Assembly (NCBI GenBank): GCA_049517415.1
Contig: JBEKSC010000003.1
Location: 1-64,000 of the forward strand
Source of the DNA: Candidatus Bathyarchaeia archaeon
GTDB taxonomy: Archaea > Thermoproteota > Bathyarchaeia > 40CM-2-53-6
Direction of reading: 5' to 3'
DNA: 64,000 nucleotides
This document shows, one piece after another, positions 59,821 through 64,000 of the stretch; positions within the stretch are counted from its first letter, which is position 1, and every line of letters starts with the position of its first letter. The translations under genes and the position numbers were made by a program. Under the pieces are notes generated by a model that was not told where the DNA came from, did not search any database, and was given only the letters and a program-made list of their open reading frames with translations.

Positions 59821-60567
59821 TTGTCGAAGCGAATTCTTCTTTTGAATCCCATAATCTCTAACGTGTTTGACAATTTCGATGAGCAATACCTTCGGGCGAG
59901 AGCCTCGCAGGGCTTTGATGTCACTGTGGAGAGCTTGAAGTACGGAACAGAGTCGATTGAGAGTTACTACGACGACGCCCTTGTCTCGCCATTCGTCATA
60001 GAGCGCGTATTGGATGCTGAACGACGTGGTTTCGCCGCGGTCATCGTAAGTTGCTTCATGGATCCGGGAGTACACGCTGCGAGGGAAGTTGCCCATATCC
60101 CTGTAATCGGCCCAGGGGAAGCTTCAATGTTAACGGCCTTAATGTTGGGAGATAGCTTCAGCATACTCGACGTAGGAGAGCAACGGTTCAAGCGATACAG
60201 CGCTCCCAGAAATGTCCGCGAACTGGGACTAGACGTCCGCTTCAGGTCGACTTGGGGCACCGGTGTGGCTGTTACGGATATTCCTTCTAACGACGATGCA
60301 GTGGCCAACAAACTCATCCAAATCGCAAAACAACTTCGCGATGAGGATGAACCTGACGTAATCATAATGGGTTGTACCGGACTTTCAGTGATTGCCGAGC
60401 GCATGAGTCAGGCACTCGATATTCCCGTGATTGATGCTTCAATCGCTGCACTACGGTGGGCTGAGATGCTGCTGTCAAGTGGGTGGCTTCACAGCCCAAA
60501 ATCCTACCCGAAACCTCCGAAGAAAGAACGGCGACTACCCGGCGACTACTGTCTATTCCAAAGGTAG
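59821..60567 (+). CDS. Asp/Glu/hydantoin racemase family protein
   Basis: ILLLNP, SCFMDPG..AARE, MGCTG (two catalytic Cys). Confidence 0.88.
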   Translation: MSKRILLLNPIISNVFDNFDEQYLRARASQGFDVTVESLKYGTESIESYYDDALVSPFVIERVLDAERRGFAAVIVSCFMDPGVHAAREVAHIPVIGPGEASMLTALMLGDSFSILDVGEQRFKRYSAPRNVRELGLDVRFRSTWGTGVAVTDIPSNDDAVANKLIQIAKQLRDEDEPDVIIMGCTGLSVIAERMSQALDIPVIDASIAALRWAEMLLSSGWLHSPKSYPKPPKKERRLPGDYCLFQR

Positions 60568-60799
60568 ATGGCCTACCTCCATCGGATTTAGCGCACGAGC
60601 GTCTCCACAGGAGTGTAATCGTATTCCAAACCGAAATGCCGAAGAGACTCTCCTCTATAGGGAACCGACACACTTCAGCTTAGCCAGAAGTTTTGTCTTC
60701 GCAGGTCTGTATAAAGTAGCGTCGATGTCAAGACTGGTAGAGCCTTTCTTCTAACGCTGAGAAAATACCCAAGTTCGCGGGGTTACTTCGATTCACACC

Positions 60800-60828
60800 C
60801 GCGGGTTCAACTCCCATCCCTGGCGCCA
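60800..60828 (+). repeat. Degenerate tRNA 3'-end copy (attR-like)
   Basis: cgcgggttcaactcccatccctggcgcca vs cgtgggttcaaatcccacccccggcgcca (53178-53206): 25/29 identical. Confidence 0.75.
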
Positions 60829-60936
60829 GAACAGTTACTAGTTGAATAGAAGAGCTAGTGAGGTACAGAGGTGAGTTGATTCGCAGGTTTCTCCATAGCA
60901 AGAAACAATGCAGGCCCATCGTGCGCTAGACTGATT

Positions 60937-61632
60937 CTACTCTTTCCTCTTCGCCAATGTAACGGCCATGACACGAGCTTGGTCGCACGCATCTTCGCAA
61001 CGATCCGCAGTATTCTCAATCGCTTCCAAGAATTGGCTGAGCAGAATAATCGAACCCACATGTATCCCATCCGTTTCGATATCTTTGAGGATACCCCGTG
61101 CTTTCTGGTGTAGGCCGTCAACTTTCTCCTCCAACCTTTCGACTTGGTCGGCCGCTTTTAGGGATGCGTCAAGACTACCATCCATAAGCTTCTGCACAGT
61201 GTCTGTAACGTGTAATGTGGCTTCGGTCGTTGTGGAGCACATTTCCACCAAAACGTCTTGAATTTGCTTGGGCATTTTGGAGAGGTCGAACATGATGAGT
61301 ATGCGGCTTCCTTCGTGTGCCCAGTCGGTTATCCAATCAAGCTGCCTGCCCAGACGCATCAGGTTGACACGGTCATCCGAAGGCAACTCCCCACGTGCAA
61401 GTTCCTCTATGATTCGCCTCCGCAAGACATCTGCTTCATGTTCCCTCTGCTCAAGTAAAGTGAAGTTCTTCTCCAAATCATCCTTCCCACCTTTGATGGC
61501 ATCTTGGATACATTTTCCTAGTATCTCAACGGTGACTGTAGTCATTCTCGAATGCTCAAGGACTAAGCCCATTGCCTTCACGGTTCGACGTGCCAACAGC
61601 CAACTCTCTAGCGACATCTCATCACACCTCAA
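60937..61632 (-). CDS. DUF47/PhoU-like phosphate transport regulator
   Basis: E.EAD..RR and LEEKVD repeats, ENTADRCEDA.D. Confidence 0.85.
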   Translation of the reverse strand: MRCDEMSLESWLLARRTVKAMGLVLEHSRMTTVTVEILGKCIQDAIKGGKDDLEKNFTLLEQREHEADVLRRRIIEELARGELPSDDRVNLMRLGRQLDWITDWAHEGSRILIMFDLSKMPKQIQDVLVEMCSTTTEATLHVTDTVQKLMDGSLDASLKAADQVERLEEKVDGLHQKARGILKDIETDGIHVGSIILLSQFLEAIENTADRCEDACDQARVMAVTLAKRKE

Positions 61633-61650
61633 TCATCATGATGCAATGAA

Positions 61651-62745
61651 CTACTCCAGGCTGGTCTCTTTCTCCAATCCTTCTGCGGGATAGTCAAATA
61701 AGAGCATGCGCCCATCGTCAAAAGATGCCCTAACGCTCTCGCCCACTCTGAAACCAGTACTGTATTCCGCAGTGGACACTTCAGCAATGATTTCAATTCC
61801 GCCTTCAACCTCGACAACGTAACGGTTCAAGTTACCCAAGAAAGTGACCTGCTTGATTAGCCCTTTCCATCCCACTTCAGTTGGCGTTGTCAATGGGACG
61901 AATTCAGGGCGAATCGATACGATCACCCTCTGGCCAACTTTTTTCCCAAATCCCGAAACTCTGATTCTGTGGCCATTAATGTCCACTGTGCACTGCGAGC
62001 CATCCGTTCCCAATACTTTTCCCTCTAGAAGATTAGTTTCGCCAACGAAATTCTCTGTAAACAGTTTCCTTGGTGAAAGGTAAATTTCGGATGGTTTACC
62101 GACTTCGACAATTCGGCCACTTTTCATTACAACCACACGGTCCGCAATAGACAATGCTTCCTCTTGGTCGTGAGTTACGTGGATTACAGTCAGGCCGAGG
62201 TCCGAGGCTAGCTTCCGCAGCTCATATCGTAATTCCGCCCTAACGATAGCGTCCAAAGCTCCCAGTGGTTCATCTAGGAGGAAAAGGTGAGATCCAGTTG
62301 CAATGGCTCGGCCTACTGCTACCTTCTGTTGCGCACCGCCGCTCAGCTCCTTTGGATAGGCCTTGGAGCGGTCTCGGATGTTAATGAGGTCTAACATTTC
62401 GTTTGTAACGGTTGTTATTTCAGTCGATTCTGCATGTCTAACCGCGAGCCCGTATGATATGTTATCCCTAACTGACATGTGTGGAAAGAGGGCGATATCC
62501 TGGAACACGTAGCCAATTCGCCTATCTTCGATTGGGGTTTGCTCAACGGATTTACCGTCGATGAGAATTTGGCCATTGTCTGGTTTGTTAATGCCTGCGA
62601 TGCACCGGATCAGTGTACTTTTGCCGCAACCGCTAGGGCCGAGTATGCATACGTACTCTTTGTCTTCAACGTGGAGTGAGATGTCGGCTAACGCTTGGAT
62701 GTTTCCGTAGATTTTCGACACTCCAAGCAAGTCCAGCTTTGGCAT
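61651..62745 (-). CDS. ABC ATPase with TOBE domain (PotA/FbpC type)
   Basis: GPSGCGKS, ALFPHM, LSGG, VTHDQEEA. Confidence 0.9.
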   Translation of the reverse strand: MPKLDLLGVSKIYGNIQALADISLHVEDKEYVCILGPSGCGKSTLIRCIAGINKPDNGQILIDGKSVEQTPIEDRRIGYVFQDIALFPHMSVRDNISYGLAVRHAESTEITTVTNEMLDLINIRDRSKAYPKELSGGAQQKVAVGRAIATGSHLFLLDEPLGALDAIVRAELRYELRKLASDLGLTVIHVTHDQEEALSIADRVVVMKSGRIVEVGKPSEIYLSPRKLFTENFVGETNLLEGKVLGTDGSQCTVDINGHRIRVSGFGKKVGQRVIVSIRPEFVPLTTPTEVGWKGLIKQVTFLGNLNRYVVEVEGGIEIIAEVSTAEYSTGFRVGESVRASFDDGRMLLFDYPAEGLEKETSLE

Positions 62746-62746
62746 G

Positions 62747-63853
62747 TTATGCCACCTCCAACTCCTTCCTCAAGCCCTCCGCTGGATACTCGAAGACTAG
62801 GGCATCGCTCTCAAGGAAACCTACTAACACTTCCTCGCCTACCTTGAACGCGTTGTCCTCACTTTCTGCGAACTGGCGTGAGGCAATGATGTCACCGTTC
62901 GGAATGCGAATTAAGTACTCCTTGGAATTTCCAAGGAATCTGACGCCGCGAATTTCGCCTTTGAAGACGTTTTCCATTTCAAGCCGGTCGCGAGATATTC
63001 GGATACGTTCCTTTCTCAGAGCTAGGATAACTGGCGCGGTGAGTGTCAGGGTTTTTGAAGGTGCTTGGATTGTGAGACCGCCCCTTATGTTAATCAACGC
63101 GGTCTCTCCCACAGTGGTGTCTACTATGCCTTCAAGGAAGCTTGCCCCTCCGATCATGTTGGTCACGAAGATGCTCGCAGGTCTCCTGTAGACTCTGCGT
63201 TGTGGCCCATAATCTTGGATTCTTCCGTTTCGTAGAACCATGATTTCGTCACCAACACTCATGGCCTCATCTTGGTCATGGGTCACGTGTATAGCTGTGA
63301 AACCTGACTGTTTCACGAGGTCTCGAAGCTTGTGGCGAAGGTCTAGTCTTAGTCGCGCGTCCAGTGCACCGAGAGGCTCGTCGAGGAGCAGTAAACCTGC
63401 CCCTGACGCTAATCCTCGTGCCAACGCGACCCGTTGCTGCATACCACCGCTAAGTTCGTTCGGTAACGCTTGTGCTCGCCACGACAGTCTTACCAAATCC
63501 AATGCCTTAGAAGCAGTCTCTAGTGCGATAGAAGCAGATTTGCCTCTAGCTAATGGACCGAAGGCTACATTCTGTAGCACGGTCAGATGGGGAAAGAGAG
63601 CGTATTGTTGTGGAACGTAGACCGCGTTTCGATCCTGCGCATCTAAATGATTGACAGGTTTTCCATCAAAGTAGATCATGCCTTCATCAGGTTTTAAGAG
63701 ACCGGCCAAAAGCTTGAGCAGTGTTGTTTTGCCGCTTCCCGTCGGCCCGAGAACACACAGGTATTGGCCGTCACTGACGTCAAATGAAACCTCGTCCAAG
63801 GCCACAACTTTGCCGAAATTCTTCGTGACGTTGGCAAAACTCACTCTGGGCAT
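62747..63853 (-). CDS. ABC ATPase with TOBE domain (PotA/FbpC type)
   Basis: GPTGSGKT, LSGGMQQR, VTHDQDEA. Confidence 0.9.
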   Translation of the reverse strand: MPRVSFANVTKNFGKVVALDEVSFDVSDGQYLCVLGPTGSGKTTLLKLLAGLLKPDEGMIYFDGKPVNHLDAQDRNAVYVPQQYALFPHLTVLQNVAFGPLARGKSASIALETASKALDLVRLSWRAQALPNELSGGMQQRVALARGLASGAGLLLLDEPLGALDARLRLDLRHKLRDLVKQSGFTAIHVTHDQDEAMSVGDEIMVLRNGRIQDYGPQRRVYRRPASIFVTNMIGGASFLEGIVDTTVGETALINIRGGLTIQAPSKTLTLTAPVILALRKERIRISRDRLEMENVFKGEIRGVRFLGNSKEYLIRIPNGDIIASRQFAESEDNAFKVGEEVLVGFLESDALVFEYPAEGLRKELEVA

Positions 63854-63856
63854 GCT

Positions 63857-64000
63857 CTATGCAACTTTCCTGGCTGGAATGCGGATGGTGATCAGCCGAA
63901 GCACGACCAATGCGAGGAATGAAGTTGCTACGAGAAAACCGACTCCTAGCGCGCGTTCCGCCGGAGTCACTGTCACTGTTCCCCTAATCCAGCTAACTAG
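63857..64000 (-). CDS. C-terminal end of a probable ABC permease (partial)
   Basis: LVSWIRG...ALGVGFLVATSFLALVVLRLITIR* hydrophobic helix just upstream of the ATPases. Confidence 0.6.
   Translation of the reverse strand, partial: LVSWIRGTVTVTPAERALGVGFLVATSFLALVVLRLITIRIPARKVA

Noticed and set aside
60740..60828. Second intact tRNA
   Set aside because: No matching 5' acceptor strand or D arm found upstream; the T stem has a mismatch

Overview
Archaeal DNA, most consistent with a TACK-group organism such as Bathyarchaeia. This is an inference from a BHB-intron tRNA, a CFI-box-CTERM-like protein, aconitase-X mevalonate genes and TATA-like promoters. The window has four parts. (1) 0.5-12.6 kb: a cluster of secreted Thr/Ser-rich, Cys-paired Ig-like repeat surface proteins. 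(2) 12.6-16.8 kb: a vapBC module bracketed by a ~124-bp direct repeat, an Lrp/AsnC ligand-binding protein, and a ubiX-acnX(L/S) mevalonate locus in which ubiD survives only as a C-terminal stump. (3) ~17-47 kb: a heavily rearranged catabolic region. It holds five M29/NicX-like metalloenzymes of two subtypes, two hydantoinase/oxoprolinase A+B sets, a dpp ABC transporter, an ECF transporter, an Xaa-Pro peptidase, an atypical class V PLP enzyme, racemase pseudogenes, and IS481 and tyrosine-recombinase remnants. (4) 47-64 kb: acyl-CoA synthetase, a BNR-repeat gene whose central ~330 bp is cleanly inverted between 6-bp inverted repeats, a SAMP/MoaD-like gene, a two-intron tRNA-Ser(CGA), a probable 7.6-kb tRNA-integrated island (liv ABC, LysA-like decarboxylase, racemase) ending in a degenerate tRNA 3' copy, and ABC ATPases. 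All calls come from motif recognition by eye; no searches were run.
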